Assembly: GCA_963758525.1 (NCBI GenBank)
Contig: CAVWVQ010000003.1
Span: 3,648,001-3,712,000, forward strand
Origin: an uncultured Phycisphaerales bacterium
Lineage (GTDB): Bacteria; Planctomycetota; Phycisphaerae; Tepidisphaerales; Tepidisphaeraceae
Length of the DNA: 64,000 nucleotides
Direction: 5' to 3'
Position numbers and translations under genes: made by a program
Part shown: piece after piece, positions 35,787 to 45,090 of the stretch
Numbering within the stretch: position 1 is the stretch's first letter
Layout of the letters: each line of letters opens with the position of its first letter
The notes under the pieces: model-generated
Database searches by the model: none
What the model saw: the letters and a program-made list of their open reading frames with translations, nothing else
Told to the model about the DNA's origin: nothing

Positions 35787-37343
35787 ATGCTCTTTACGTC
35801 GGCCCAAAGACGCGTCGCTGAGGCATTTCGCACGCTCGTTTACTGCAACCCCTTCCTTCCGGAGCGAGCGACCTGCGAGCAGGACATCCTGGGCGCCGAT
35901 GCTGATGTGCTCGACTCACCCTGGAACGTCATTCACGACGTTGCCGGCGGGCGGCGAAATCTTGCGCGGTTGAGGGATCGGGCCGAGGACCTGGCCTCCA
36001 GCGCCCGCGAGCGTGTCGTTGCCGGCGTCACGCCGGTCCCCGGGGAGACCGAACTGTACGAAAATCTGGTCGTCTACGTGCTCTACTACCGCTGCTACGA
36101 TCAGCTCAATCTGCCGATCCAGCAGGCCGGGAATGCCGCGGCGGCTAAAGGCAAAGTCGCCCAAGGCGCGGTGAAGCGAGCTCCCCAGCGCGTTGCCGGG
36201 TACGGTGAGCTGGTCCGCGGCGCCCGCCACTTCCTGCAGCCGCTGGAAACCTCGCTGACGGTGGCGCACGATCCGGCGCACCTGATGGCGCTATTTTTCC
36301 AGATCCGGCGTGCGTTTCACCACATTTTCAGCTTCCTCGCCGGTCGCACGATGGCGGCGGCGCGGCTTCGGGCGGCGGTCTGGGAGTCGATTTTCACTCA
36401 CGACATGGCCCGATATCGTCGCACCCTCTACTGCCGCATGGCGGATTTCACCACGCTGATTACCGGTCCGTCCGGAACCGGCAAGGAACTGGTCGCCCGC
36501 GCAATTGCGCTCTCGCGCTACATCCCCTTTGATGAGAAGCGCCAATGCTTCGTTGAAGACTTCGCCGGATCGTTCGCCGCACTGAGTCTCTCTGCGCTCT
36601 CGCCAACATTGATCGAGTCGGAGTTGTTTGGCCATCGCCGCGGGGCATTCACCGGCGCGCTCGACGACCGCGCTGGATGGCTGGAAACCTGCCCGGCGCA
36701 CGGCACCGTCTTCCTCGACGAGATCGGTGAGCTGGACGGGCCGATACAGGTGAAGCTGCTGCGGGTGCTCCAGGACCGCGTCTTTCAGCGCCTCGGCGAT
36801 ACCGCTTCCCGCACCTTCCGCGGCAAGATCGTGGCTGCCACCCACCGCGATCTCGCCGCCGAGATGGCCGCCGGACGTTTTCGCACCGACTTTTATTATC
36901 GCCTCTGTTCCGACCTGGTCCGCACGCCATCATTGCGGGAACAGTTACTCGAACGCCCAGAGGAGCTGCGCGACCTGGTTCTCTTCATCGCGCGTCGCGA
37001 GGCCGCCGGGGAGGCCGATACCGTTGCCGACGAAGTCGTTGCCTGGATCGACAAGTCCCTCGGCCGCGATTATCCCTGGCCCGGTAATTTTCGGGAGTTG
37101 GAACAGTGCGTTCGGAACGTTCTGGTGAGAAGCAGGTATACGCCCCCCGCGATGTCGTCGACCGACGCATTGGATGATTTGTTCCGAAACATCAGAACTG
37201 CGAGCCTCACGGCCGAAGAGTTGCTTCGTGCATACTGCGCGCTGGTCTACGCCCAGACCGGCAGCTATGAAGAGACTGCGCGGCGAGTGAAGCTGGACCG
37301 CCGGACTGTTAAGAGCAAAGTTCAGCCGTCGTCCGCAAGGTAG
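35787..37343 (+). CDS. Sigma-54-dependent transcriptional activator (bEBP)
   Basis: GPSGTGKE, ESELFGH, GAFTGA, FLDEIG, WPGNFREL, C-terminal HTH. Confidence 0.93.
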   Translation: MLFTSAQRRVAEAFRTLVYCNPFLPERATCEQDILGADADVLDSPWNVIHDVAGGRRNLARLRDRAEDLASSARERVVAGVTPVPGETELYENLVVYVLYYRCYDQLNLPIQQAGNAAAAKGKVAQGAVKRAPQRVAGYGELVRGARHFLQPLETSLTVAHDPAHLMALFFQIRRAFHHIFSFLAGRTMAAARLRAAVWESIFTHDMARYRRTLYCRMADFTTLITGPSGTGKELVARAIALSRYIPFDEKRQCFVEDFAGSFAALSLSALSPTLIESELFGHRRGAFTGALDDRAGWLETCPAHGTVFLDEIGELDGPIQVKLLRVLQDRVFQRLGDTASRTFRGKIVAATHRDLAAEMAAGRFRTDFYYRLCSDLVRTPSLREQLLERPEELRDLVLFIARREAAGEADTVADEVVAWIDKSLGRDYPWPGNFRELEQCVRNVLVRSRYTPPAMSSTDALDDLFRNIRTASLTAEELLRAYCALVYAQTGSYEETARRVKLDRRTVKSKVQPSSAR

Positions 37344-37558
37344 CGAAGGACGCATCGTTCCCCTCGCCCAGCCCGCGGCGAAGCGATCGCCCGCTCTCTC
37401 GACAGCACCCTGGTACCGCGTTTCCCGTCAGACGGCTGTTAAGTACGTCTGGTCCACCTCATACGCCCAATAGCGGGCATGGAAGTACGGTGCTCACGGT
37501 CCAGCGCCAATGCCGAGCACCGGAACGAAACGGCTGCGATTGTTGAAAAATTCGCCGC

Positions 37559-37801
37559 TCAGTCGGGCTTGCGGTCAGTTTCCACCGGTTCATGGTCAGG
37601 GACGGCAGCCAGGAACCGGTCAAAGTCGGCGCGGCGGCCGCTGGCCGCTTCGTGACGCAGATATTCGAGTGTGCGAAGTGCGGCCATCTTCTCGGCCGCG
37701 GCGCTGGCCAAAAATTGGTCCACGGAGTATCCCTCTTCGGCGGCCAGCGCTTGGATGCTCCGCTGAAGCGACTCGGGAAGTTCGACAGTCAGTTTGCTCA
37801 C
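37559..37801 (-). CDS. Antitoxin, RHH/HicB-like
   Basis: LTVELPESL...AAAEK...VPD; GTGA-coupled to the PIN gene. Confidence 0.82.
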   Translation of the reverse strand: MSKLTVELPESLQRSIQALAAEEGYSVDQFLASAAAEKMAALRTLEYLRHEAASGRRADFDRFLAAVPDHEPVETDRKPD

Positions 37802-38217
37802 GGTCTGCTACCTTCTGCGATCATTTTCAGGAAATGCCGCGGCGTAACGGCCTGAACGCCCAACTGCTCACAGCCACGGAAATCCCGGATGTTGGGGGTC
37901 ACGATATATGGACAGTTCGCGGCAAACGCTAACTCCAGAACCATATCGTCGTTCGGATCAGGAAGAAACGGCCGCCAAAAAAAGAAAATATCCTGCAGCC
38001 ATGCCTGGGCGGCAAGGTATCGCAGGAAACCCAGTGCATTATCGGAACTCTGCCCCGGAGGCAGGTGCTCGGGCCGGGTCAGTACGTCCTGCCATTCCGC
38101 GTAGAGTCCGATCGACAGACAGATTTCAAAACGAGGCGATGGAATCTCACTGACGAGCGCGAAGCTTGCTCCGCGCCGCGAGCGAACCGCGGCAACAAGA
38201 ACCGACGTATCTTTCAT
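37798..38217 (-). CDS. PIN-family toxin (PIN_3-like)
   Basis: DTSVLVAA, EW, LPDPNDDMVLELA, IVTPNIRDF; ATGA-coupled to the pnkp stop. Confidence 0.85.
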   Translation of the reverse strand: MKDTSVLVAAVRSRRGASFALVSEIPSPRFEICLSIGLYAEWQDVLTRPEHLPPGQSSDNALGFLRYLAAQAWLQDIFFFWRPFLPDPNDDMVLELAFAANCPYIVTPNIRDFRGCEQLGVQAVTPRHFLKMIAEGSRP

Positions 38218-40790
38218 AACCTCGGATCCACCGGCTCGCTCTCCAGCGCCAAAACTGCAAAGACACATTCATGCACCCGCCGCAGCGGCTCACGGCGGGC
38301 GAATCGCTCAAGTCCTTCAATGCCCAGGGCGAACTCCCGCAGCGCGAGCGATCGCTTGGCCGCCAGCCCGCGCGAACGAAGGCGCTCCAGATTACCTGGC
38401 GCGTCGTACTCCGGGCCGTAGATGATGCGCAGATATTCCAGCCCGCGGCACTTGACCGCCGGCTGCACCAGACCTTTCTTTCCGCGCACGACAAATTCCA
38501 GCGGCTTGACGACCATTCCCTCGCCGCCGGCGGCGGTGAGCTGCTCCCACCAGGCGATTCCAGCCGCGACCTCGGCCGGGTCGGTCACGTTGACGACGCG
38601 ATGTGCGGTCGTCATCAACGGGCCTGGCAATGCATCGTTGGTCAGTCTTGCCAGCATTTGCATGTGCCAATGGTGGTCGCGATCAACGTGAACTTTTCCC
38701 TCGCTGGCAAGAAGATGGAACGGCGCCAGGCGCAGATCGGAAACGCCGTTCACCGGCCAGCAATATCGGCGGTATGACTCGACGTATTGATGCACCCGCG
38801 TGAGCCGGCTGCGCTGCTTTTCCAGCATCGCATCGATCTGGGCTGCCGATGCAGTGCCCGCGAAATGGTCAGCTGTCTGCTGCAAGAGATCGATCGATTC
38901 GGCGACGGCGGCGCTCGATGCCGATCCGACCGCCGCGTATTGGTTCTTCAGCAGTTCCTGCGCCTTGGCCGACCAGGGCATCAACTCGCAGTCGAGGCAG
39001 AACCAGTCGGTCGAAAGTTCGTGCCACAGGTTCGCCCGCGTCAGCCCGTCGCGAACAGTGTTGAGCAACTCGGCCTCGACAGAGCGATCCTCGAAGAACC
39101 GTCGGCCGGTACGCGTGTAAATGATTCCAGCCGTCGCTTCCCGAACTGCAAAGCGACTGCGGGCCGTCGCCTCATCCCGGCAGACGATGACCACCGCCCG
39201 CGACCCCATGTGCTTCTCCTGGCACATGACGGTTTCCGCGCCGGCGGTTCGGAAATAATCGAACGCCTCCTGCGGATGCTCGAGCAAACCCGGCAGTTGC
39301 GTCGTGCCGGTCGGCGACATTGTGGGCGGCAGATAGATCAGCCATTTCGGATCGACCGCGAACCGGCTCATCACTTCCAGCGCGGCCGTGGCGTTTTCCT
39401 CGCGGACGGTGACGCTGTGATGCAGCCGCGTTGTGATGAGGCGCTTGCCGGTCACGTCCGCCAGGTCCAGCACATCGTCATGCTGCTGTTGCGCGCTGAG
39501 TTCCGGCTGCACGTGCGGCGCGAGAAACGGCCGAGCCGGTTCTGCGTACGTCCTGCGGGCAGGCACTGAGATGATCTCTTTCTCAGGCCAGCGCAGCGCG
39601 GAGAGCTTTCCGCCAAAGACGCAGCCGGTGTCGATATTGATCGTGCGGTTCAGCCAGTCGGCTTCGAGAACGGGCGTGTGACCGTACACAACATGTGACG
39701 GTCCGCGATATTCCGCGGCCCAGTGGTAACGAATCGGCAGGCCGAATTCGTCGGTTTCACCCGTCGTCTCTCCGTAGAGCGCAAATTCGCGAACGCGCCG
39801 CGAAGCCCGGCCGATGTATCGCTGCTTCATTCCGGCGTGAGAGACGACAAGCCGACCGCCGTCGAGCACGTAGTGACCGACCAGCGAATCAATGAAGTTT
39901 GCGACTTCATCGCAAAATTGCGGAGACTGCCCTTCAAGTTGTTCCAGCGTTTCTGCCAGGCCATGCGTGATCTGAACGTTTTTGCCCCGCAGTTTTCGCA
40001 GCAGCTTCGCGTCATGATTGCCGGGCAGGCACAGGGCCGTGCCGGCTCGCACCATCGACATCACGAGCTTGAAGACCTCGACGACTTTGGGGCCGCGGTC
40101 GTTCAGGTCGCCGAGAAAAATTGCCTTGCGCCCGCTCGGTGGAGTCACCGCGATATTTTCGCTGGTCGTTTCGATCTGGTAGCCAAGGGATGTGAGCAAT
40201 TCGGCCAGCTCGTCATAGCAGCCGTGTACGTCGCCGATGATGTCAAATGGGCCGGTGTCAGATTTGCGATCATTCCACAGCGGTTGCCGTTCGATGCTGA
40301 CGCTCTCCACTTCCTCTGGCGTCTGGAGGATATGCACGTAGCGGAATCCCTCCCGTTCCAGTCCGCGCAAGCTTCGCCGAAGCTGCATCAGTTGATTGCG
40401 AATCACATGCGGCCCGAACGCGCGATCCGCCCGGCCCCGATTGCGCTCCTGACAAACGTCCTCCGGCATCTTCAGCACGATCGCCACCGGCAGAACGTCA
40501 TGCTCGCGCGCGAGCTCGACCAGCGGTTTGCGTGCTTCGCTCTGCACATTGGTCGCATCAATCACCGTGAGAAGTCCGCGGCCGAGGCGCTTTCCCGCGA
40601 CAAACTTCAGCACGTCAAACGCGTCCGCGGTCGCTTCCTGGCTGTTCTCGTCATCGCTGACCAGTCCGCGACAGAAGTCTGACGAAATCACCTCCGTTGG
40701 CTTGAAGTGCTTCCGCGCGAATGTGGACTTGCCGCAACCGGATGGGCCGATGAGGACGACAAGAGATAGTTCGGGGACGGTTAGTTTCAT
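38214..40790 (-). CDS. pnkp: Polynucleotide kinase-phosphatase-ligase Pnkp (RNA repair)
   Basis: P-loop GPSGCGKST, DATN; GDVHG, GDLNDRG, GNHD phosphatase motifs; ligase EKHMGSR; ends VDPRL. Confidence 0.96.
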   Translation of the reverse strand: MKLTVPELSLVVLIGPSGCGKSTFARKHFKPTEVISSDFCRGLVSDDENSQEATADAFDVLKFVAGKRLGRGLLTVIDATNVQSEARKPLVELAREHDVLPVAIVLKMPEDVCQERNRGRADRAFGPHVIRNQLMQLRRSLRGLEREGFRYVHILQTPEEVESVSIERQPLWNDRKSDTGPFDIIGDVHGCYDELAELLTSLGYQIETTSENIAVTPPSGRKAIFLGDLNDRGPKVVEVFKLVMSMVRAGTALCLPGNHDAKLLRKLRGKNVQITHGLAETLEQLEGQSPQFCDEVANFIDSLVGHYVLDGGRLVVSHAGMKQRYIGRASRRVREFALYGETTGETDEFGLPIRYHWAAEYRGPSHVVYGHTPVLEADWLNRTINIDTGCVFGGKLSALRWPEKEIISVPARRTYAEPARPFLAPHVQPELSAQQQHDDVLDLADVTGKRLITTRLHHSVTVREENATAALEVMSRFAVDPKWLIYLPPTMSPTGTTQLPGLLEHPQEAFDYFRTAGAETVMCQEKHMGSRAVVIVCRDEATARSRFAVREATAGIIYTRTGRRFFEDRSVEAELLNTVRDGLTRANLWHELSTDWFCLDCELMPWSAKAQELLKNQYAAVGSASSAAVAESIDLLQQTADHFAGTASAAQIDAMLEKQRSRLTRVHQYVESYRRYCWPVNGVSDLRLAPFHLLASEGKVHVDRDHHWHMQMLARLTNDALPGPLMTTAHRVVNVTDPAEVAAGIAWWEQLTAAGGEGMVVKPLEFVVRGKKGLVQPAVKCRGLEYLRIIYGPEYDAPGNLERLRSRGLAAKRSLALREFALGIEGLERFARREPLRRVHECVFAVLALESEPVDPRL

Positions 40791-40847
40791 AGAGGCCCGT
40801 TTGTCTTGATACGCGGCGATTCCGCGTGGTGGTCAAGCGACAGTGTT

Positions 40848-40915
40848 GTACTGCGGGATTCATTCCGCCGTGATTTCTCGCGCCCGACACCATGGCGGGA
40901 TGAATCCCGCCCTAC
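40848..40915. repeat. REP doublet, family A
   Basis: gcgggattcattccgccg ... ggcgggatgaatcccgccctac. Confidence 0.85.
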
Positions 40916-41000
40916 ACGAGACGTGCATGCGACTGCTGGCGACTCGACCCCTCGATTCAACCGGCATCGACCCGCTCTTGGCGATCAACATCCTTCCTCC

Positions 41001-41765
41001 TTACGTTTGCGACAGCCTGATTTGAAGCAACAGCTCGTGCAGATCCGCCTTGCCCGAGGGGTTATCCGGCAACGCGCTGCCCTCGTGAGCGTGCTGCAAC
41101 TTGTCGCGCAGACGATGGTATTCGAGTTGGTGAAACTCGATCTCCCCGTCCGCGAGGGTCGTTTGCTCGGCGCTGGCGATCTTGCGCGAGATCAGATCAC
41201 GGACATGGGCCAGCCTCTGCTCGTCGTTGAGCGTGCCGAGGTTCGCTTCGACCTGGCCGGTTTGCATCAGATGAATCCCGGTGAGGAGCACGCGGTAAAC
41301 GTAGAGCAACGGCTTGACCCGCCGAGGTCTCTCCTTCTCAAAAAGCTTCCATTGCGTCTCGGCAAAGCCGAAATAGTGGTGCGCGTGGTGACGCGTGATG
41401 CACCTTGTGGCAATCTGCTCGAGAAGATCGTGCTGCGGCGTTGTCATCACGATGAGCGGCGAATAAAGCTGTTCGAGCACGTATCCGTTCTTTTTCAGAA
41501 GCAGTGAGAAGAATTTGTGCGCGTCGTGAGTGACCAGATCGAGTTCGACGCCATCGCGATCATCTGCCACTTCAATCGTCTCCGGCCCGGTTTGCAGGCC
41601 GGCGACTCGATCGAGCGGCAGGATATGGACGCCGCGCAAATCGTAATCGCTGTCCGGCGACGCAAAGCCGTACAGGTGCGCTCCGCTGATCGTGACGAAC
41701 AGAAGCGGATAAGGCTGCGATTCGGCGACCTTTTTGAGAACCGGCAACATCACTGGCGGTGACAC
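41001..41765 (-). CDS. Pol-beta superfamily nucleotidyltransferase, RlaP/YcgL-like, copy 2 (true start may be 41750-41753)
   Basis: SGAHLYGFASPDSDYDLRG, KKNGYVLEQLYSP, KPLLYVYR. Confidence 0.88.
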   Translation of the reverse strand: MSPPVMLPVLKKVAESQPYPLLFVTISGAHLYGFASPDSDYDLRGVHILPLDRVAGLQTGPETIEVADDRDGVELDLVTHDAHKFFSLLLKKNGYVLEQLYSPLIVMTTPQHDLLEQIATRCITRHHAHHYFGFAETQWKLFEKERPRRVKPLLYVYRVLLTGIHLMQTGQVEANLGTLNDEQRLAHVRDLISRKIASAEQTTLADGEIEFHQLEYHRLRDKLQHAHEGSALPDNPSGKADLHELLLQIRLSQT

Positions 41766-41792
41766 TCCTGTCGAAGCTACGGGTGAATCGAT

Positions 41793-41863
41793 GTAGGGCG
41801 GGATTCATTCCGCCGTGATTTCGCGAGAGATCGGAACAGACGGCGGGATGAATCCCGCCCTAC
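41793..41863. repeat. REP doublet, family A
   Basis: gtagggcgggattcattccgccg ... cggcgggatgaatcccgccctac. Confidence 0.9.
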
Positions 41864-41885
41864 GGGGAGAACGATATCGCCGAGC

Positions 41886-42824
41886 TCAGTCATCTTGGAC
41901 CATGCTCCGGCGCACCTCGAGCAGCCAATCATTGGCTGCCACGTAGTCGGGCCGCTCGGGAAGAGTCGTTTTTGCGTAGGCATTTTCAAAGTCCTGCTGG
42001 AGGGAAATCCGCCAGGCATCGGCGGCTTCGAACGGCATCTCGCCGCGTCGCACCGCCAGCAGCTTGTCCCGCGCTCCCTGCGGAACCGCAACGGGGACGC
42101 GATGTTCTTCGAGCACTGTAATGCCCGCCATCAGCAGCCGGAGCAAATGCATCACGTGTTTCCATTTGATCGCGCCTTTGTTGCGCAGGTCGGCCTGGAG
42201 CTTCTTGAACTGGCTCATCACATAGCCGTTGTACGTCTGATAGATGAGTTTGGAGAGCAGTCGCTCTCGAATCCCCAGGAGTTCCTGAGCCAGCGGCGTC
42301 GCGTGCTCGACCATCGGCGTGTAGAGGCACTCCAGCACATTGGGATTGGCCTTGAGCGCCAGCATGAGAAACTTCTGCGCTTCCCAATAGACTTCCTCGG
42401 TCTGCGGATTTTCCAGTTGCTCCGGCACGCCATAAAGCGACCAGTGGAGCGACGCCGGAGGAAGATACACGCCACGGCGGTCGACATCGCTCGCTTCGTT
42501 GGACAAGCCGTAGGCCTGTGAGCCGACGACGCACCGGTAGATCACGTGGCGGTACAAATCGTACTCGGCAAGCGGATCGAGCATTGGTCCGTCGCCGGCC
42601 GCGTCCTGAAACTGAGAGAGAATCGCCAGTTCGCGTCGATGCAGGCTTGCCAGTGAACCATCGTTGAACCGCACCCGGTAACTGTTCCAGTAGTCTGAAG
42701 GCGCTTCCTGCACGACGCCGACCGCGCCGCGCGGATGCAGGGGCCGACCGTCTTCTCCGCGAATGTCCGCAAGCGCAACGACCTTGGTGCCGACCGAGAG
42801 AATGAAATGCGCCTGGTGGTTCAA
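41886..42824 (-). CDS. Pol-beta superfamily nucleotidyltransferase, RlaP-like, copy 1, with SH3-like N-terminal domain
   Basis: GSQAYGL...SDVDRRG, KANPNVLECL, WKHVMHLLRLL; N-terminus GTKVV...GAVGVV...YRVRF. Confidence 0.88.
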   Translation of the reverse strand: MNHQAHFILSVGTKVVALADIRGEDGRPLHPRGAVGVVQEAPSDYWNSYRVRFNDGSLASLHRRELAILSQFQDAAGDGPMLDPLAEYDLYRHVIYRCVVGSQAYGLSNEASDVDRRGVYLPPASLHWSLYGVPEQLENPQTEEVYWEAQKFLMLALKANPNVLECLYTPMVEHATPLAQELLGIRERLLSKLIYQTYNGYVMSQFKKLQADLRNKGAIKWKHVMHLLRLLMAGITVLEEHRVPVAVPQGARDKLLAVRRGEMPFEAADAWRISLQQDFENAYAKTTLPERPDYVAANDWLLEVRRSMVQDD

Positions 42825-42843
42825 TTGTCGCTCAAGCTGAAAG

Positions 42844-44247
42844 TCATGGCAGCTCAAAAACCGCCATCTGCGTGGGCGGTCCAACTTCCGGATCCTCCGG
42901 GCCGACGGGCAGGAAGCGAGCCGCGTAGGAAAACCGGGCCGCGACCGCGCCCGCCCATTCCTGGAACTGTCGGCGCGTCCATTCAAAGCGATGGTCGCGA
43001 TGACGAAACGTGCCGGCCGCAAGCGTCTCGAATCGCACGTTGTATTCCACGTTGGGCGTGGTGACGATCACCGTCTTCGGCCGGGCAAACTCAAAGAGCA
43101 CTCGCTCAAACGCCACCAGCCTCGGTTCGTCGAGATGTTCGATGACTTCCACGACGGCGGCTGCGTCAAACCCGCTCAGACGCGCATCGCGATAGATGAG
43201 CGAGCCGTGCAGCAACTCGATCCGGGCCCGCTGCCGCTCCGGCATGCGTTCCAGATGCAGCCGTTCGGCGGCAATTTCCAGAGCGCGATGCGAGACATCC
43301 ATTCCAACGACACGGTCAAACTGCTTGTCTTCCAGAAGCCGGCGCAGGAGATTGCCGTAACTGCATCCCAGATCGAGCACGCGCTGCGCCCCGCATGATT
43401 TCAGGCCCGCCAGCACGGCATTCTGCCGCTGCTCGTTGAGGCTGAGCTTCTCCTCCACTTTCTGCTCTTCGGTCGCGCGCAATTCTTCGGCTTCATCCGC
43501 TTGCGCAGGATCCGCGTCAATGAGCCGGGCCAGCGCCTGATCCGCGAGGTGCCGACGGTGCTTGAGATAGCGGCGGACGATCTGTTCTTTCTCCGGATGC
43601 GCCGCCAGCCACGGCTCGCCGTGCCGCAGCAGTTTTTCGACCTCTTCCTCGCCGATCCAGTAGTGCTTGTCGTTGTCGAGCACTGGAATCAGCACGTACA
43701 GATGCGTGAGCAGATCGTGCAGCGTGATCGTCTGCGAAAGCTCGACCGTGAAGTACGGTCCTTCGCCCCATTCGGGAAACCGCTGATCGAGCGGATGATG
43801 CGTCGCGGAGACACGATACCCCAACGGCTCGAAAAGTTTGTGCAGCAACATCTCACCGCCCCGGCAGGGGAGCACACTCAGCCGCGCCACCAGCGGAATC
43901 GGCCTCTCGATCAGGTCCGGCCGTTCGCGGCTTGTTCCCGAGAGCGCCGAGCCAAAAACCTGTGCGATGGCGACCGACAGCAGCGAACTGGCGACATAGG
44001 GCCGATCGTTCACGTACTGCTCCAGCGAAAACCCTTCGCCCGCCGGTCCGCGGCGATTGCGCACCAGGCCGATCGGATCGATCTCCAGCAACAAAGCGGC
44101 GGTGCAGCGTTCTGCCGAAGCCTGTGGATAGAACACGTGTGCGGTTCCGAACGCCAATTCAAACGCCTGCGGCCGCGCAGGGTTTTTGTGCAGCAGATAC
44201 CCGAGGTCGGTGGCGGGGGAGTGGGTGGTTGTGAGCGTGAGGAGCAT
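42844..44247 (-). CDS. hen1: 3'-terminal RNA ribose 2'-O-methyltransferase Hen1
   Basis: MLLTLTTTHSPATDLGYLLHKNP, YVNDRPY, VLDLGC, EVIEH, FRHRDHRFEW. Confidence 0.96.
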   Translation of the reverse strand: MLLTLTTTHSPATDLGYLLHKNPARPQAFELAFGTAHVFYPQASAERCTAALLLEIDPIGLVRNRRGPAGEGFSLEQYVNDRPYVASSLLSVAIAQVFGSALSGTSRERPDLIERPIPLVARLSVLPCRGGEMLLHKLFEPLGYRVSATHHPLDQRFPEWGEGPYFTVELSQTITLHDLLTHLYVLIPVLDNDKHYWIGEEEVEKLLRHGEPWLAAHPEKEQIVRRYLKHRRHLADQALARLIDADPAQADEAEELRATEEQKVEEKLSLNEQRQNAVLAGLKSCGAQRVLDLGCSYGNLLRRLLEDKQFDRVVGMDVSHRALEIAAERLHLERMPERQRARIELLHGSLIYRDARLSGFDAAAVVEVIEHLDEPRLVAFERVLFEFARPKTVIVTTPNVEYNVRFETLAAGTFRHRDHRFEWTRRQFQEWAGAVAARFSYAARFLPVGPEDPEVGPPTQMAVFELP

Positions 44248-44338
44248 GGCGTGCAAAATCGTCGCTGTCGCCGATCTAATTGCAACGCGTGCTGTGAGAC
44301 GAAGGCGCGGTCGGACGTCAACGCGCCGGCTAGTAGCA

Positions 44339-44632
44339 TCAGCGTCCGCGTACACTGGTGGATTCCGCAAGTGCCCCAGGTATGGGTTTGCCGGTCACAC
44401 GGCTATACAGCACCTCGGGATCTACGTCTGCGCCGTTGGGCCACACCACTGTGCCCAATTCGTTGTTCACGCTTACCTTTGCAAAATACTCCTTGTCTTC
44501 CAGCGGCGCGAAAACACCACCCTGGCCAACGACCCACGATTCAAAATCCACCACCCCCTTGATCCCGTCAGCGAACGTCAGCTCCAACTGATAATCACGG
44601 AGGTACTGAACGGATGTCACATCGGGATGCAT
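44339..44632 (-). CDS. DUF2442 family protein (putative antitoxin)
   Basis: YQLELTFADG, GVFAPL, TVVWPNGADVDPEVLY. Confidence 0.85.
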   Translation of the reverse strand: MHPDVTSVQYLRDYQLELTFADGIKGVVDFESWVVGQGGVFAPLEDKEYFAKVSVNNELGTVVWPNGADVDPEVLYSRVTGKPIPGALAESTSVRGR

Positions 44633-44646
44633 AGCGGTCTCCATGC

Positions 44647-44906
44647 TCAGCGTAAGGGCTCTATGCTCTGCAGCGGTTGATGCTCCATGGCGGATCGGAA
44701 GTTTGTCAGTAGCTCGTCTTGGTGCAGCGCTGCCCATTCGATCACCATCCCAGCGCACGCGGTGGAAGGTAGCCGGATATCAGCATTGGGGGATTGATCA
44801 GTATTTTTGCTTTATCCGCTCCGTATCGAGCATGGAAGTGCGCCGGTTCATGGTCGTTGTAATAAATGGCAACGATGATCCCAAAAAATCGAGAGATCTC
44901 CGGCAT
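44647..44906 (-). CDS. DUF4160 family protein (putative toxin); two homopolymer frameshifts, absent from the ORF track
   Basis: MPEISRFFGIIVAIYYNDHEPAHFHARY ... LPPRAL ... VIEWAALHQDELL ... IEPLR, restored by +1 C near 44790 and +1 G near 44750. Confidence 0.82.
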
Positions 44907-44969
44907 CAACCCACGCTAACGATTGTAGTATGGCAATTCAACGTCGGACGTCGAAGATATCGAAGATCC

Positions 44970-45090
44970 CAAGGCAATTGCATGTGACAGTTTTGTGGTG
45001 CAGGCTTCCAGCCTGCTTCCCAAGCAGCAGGCTGGAAGCCTGCACCACAATGGGAAATCGTCCTTCCGGCAGTCACATGCAATTGCCCTG
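44970..45090. mobile_element. MITE (121 bp) with 19-bp TIRs, 9-bp target-site duplication and an internal REP doublet
   Basis: caaggcaattgcatgtgac / gtcacatgcaattgccctg (18 of 19 match), flanked by cgaagatcc on both sides. Confidence 0.8.

Noticed and set aside
35787..37343. Activator as RtcR controlling the RNA repair operon
   Set aside because: No recognisable CARF domain; it converges on the repair operon and its candidate sigma54 promoter points to the VIT-vWA gene.
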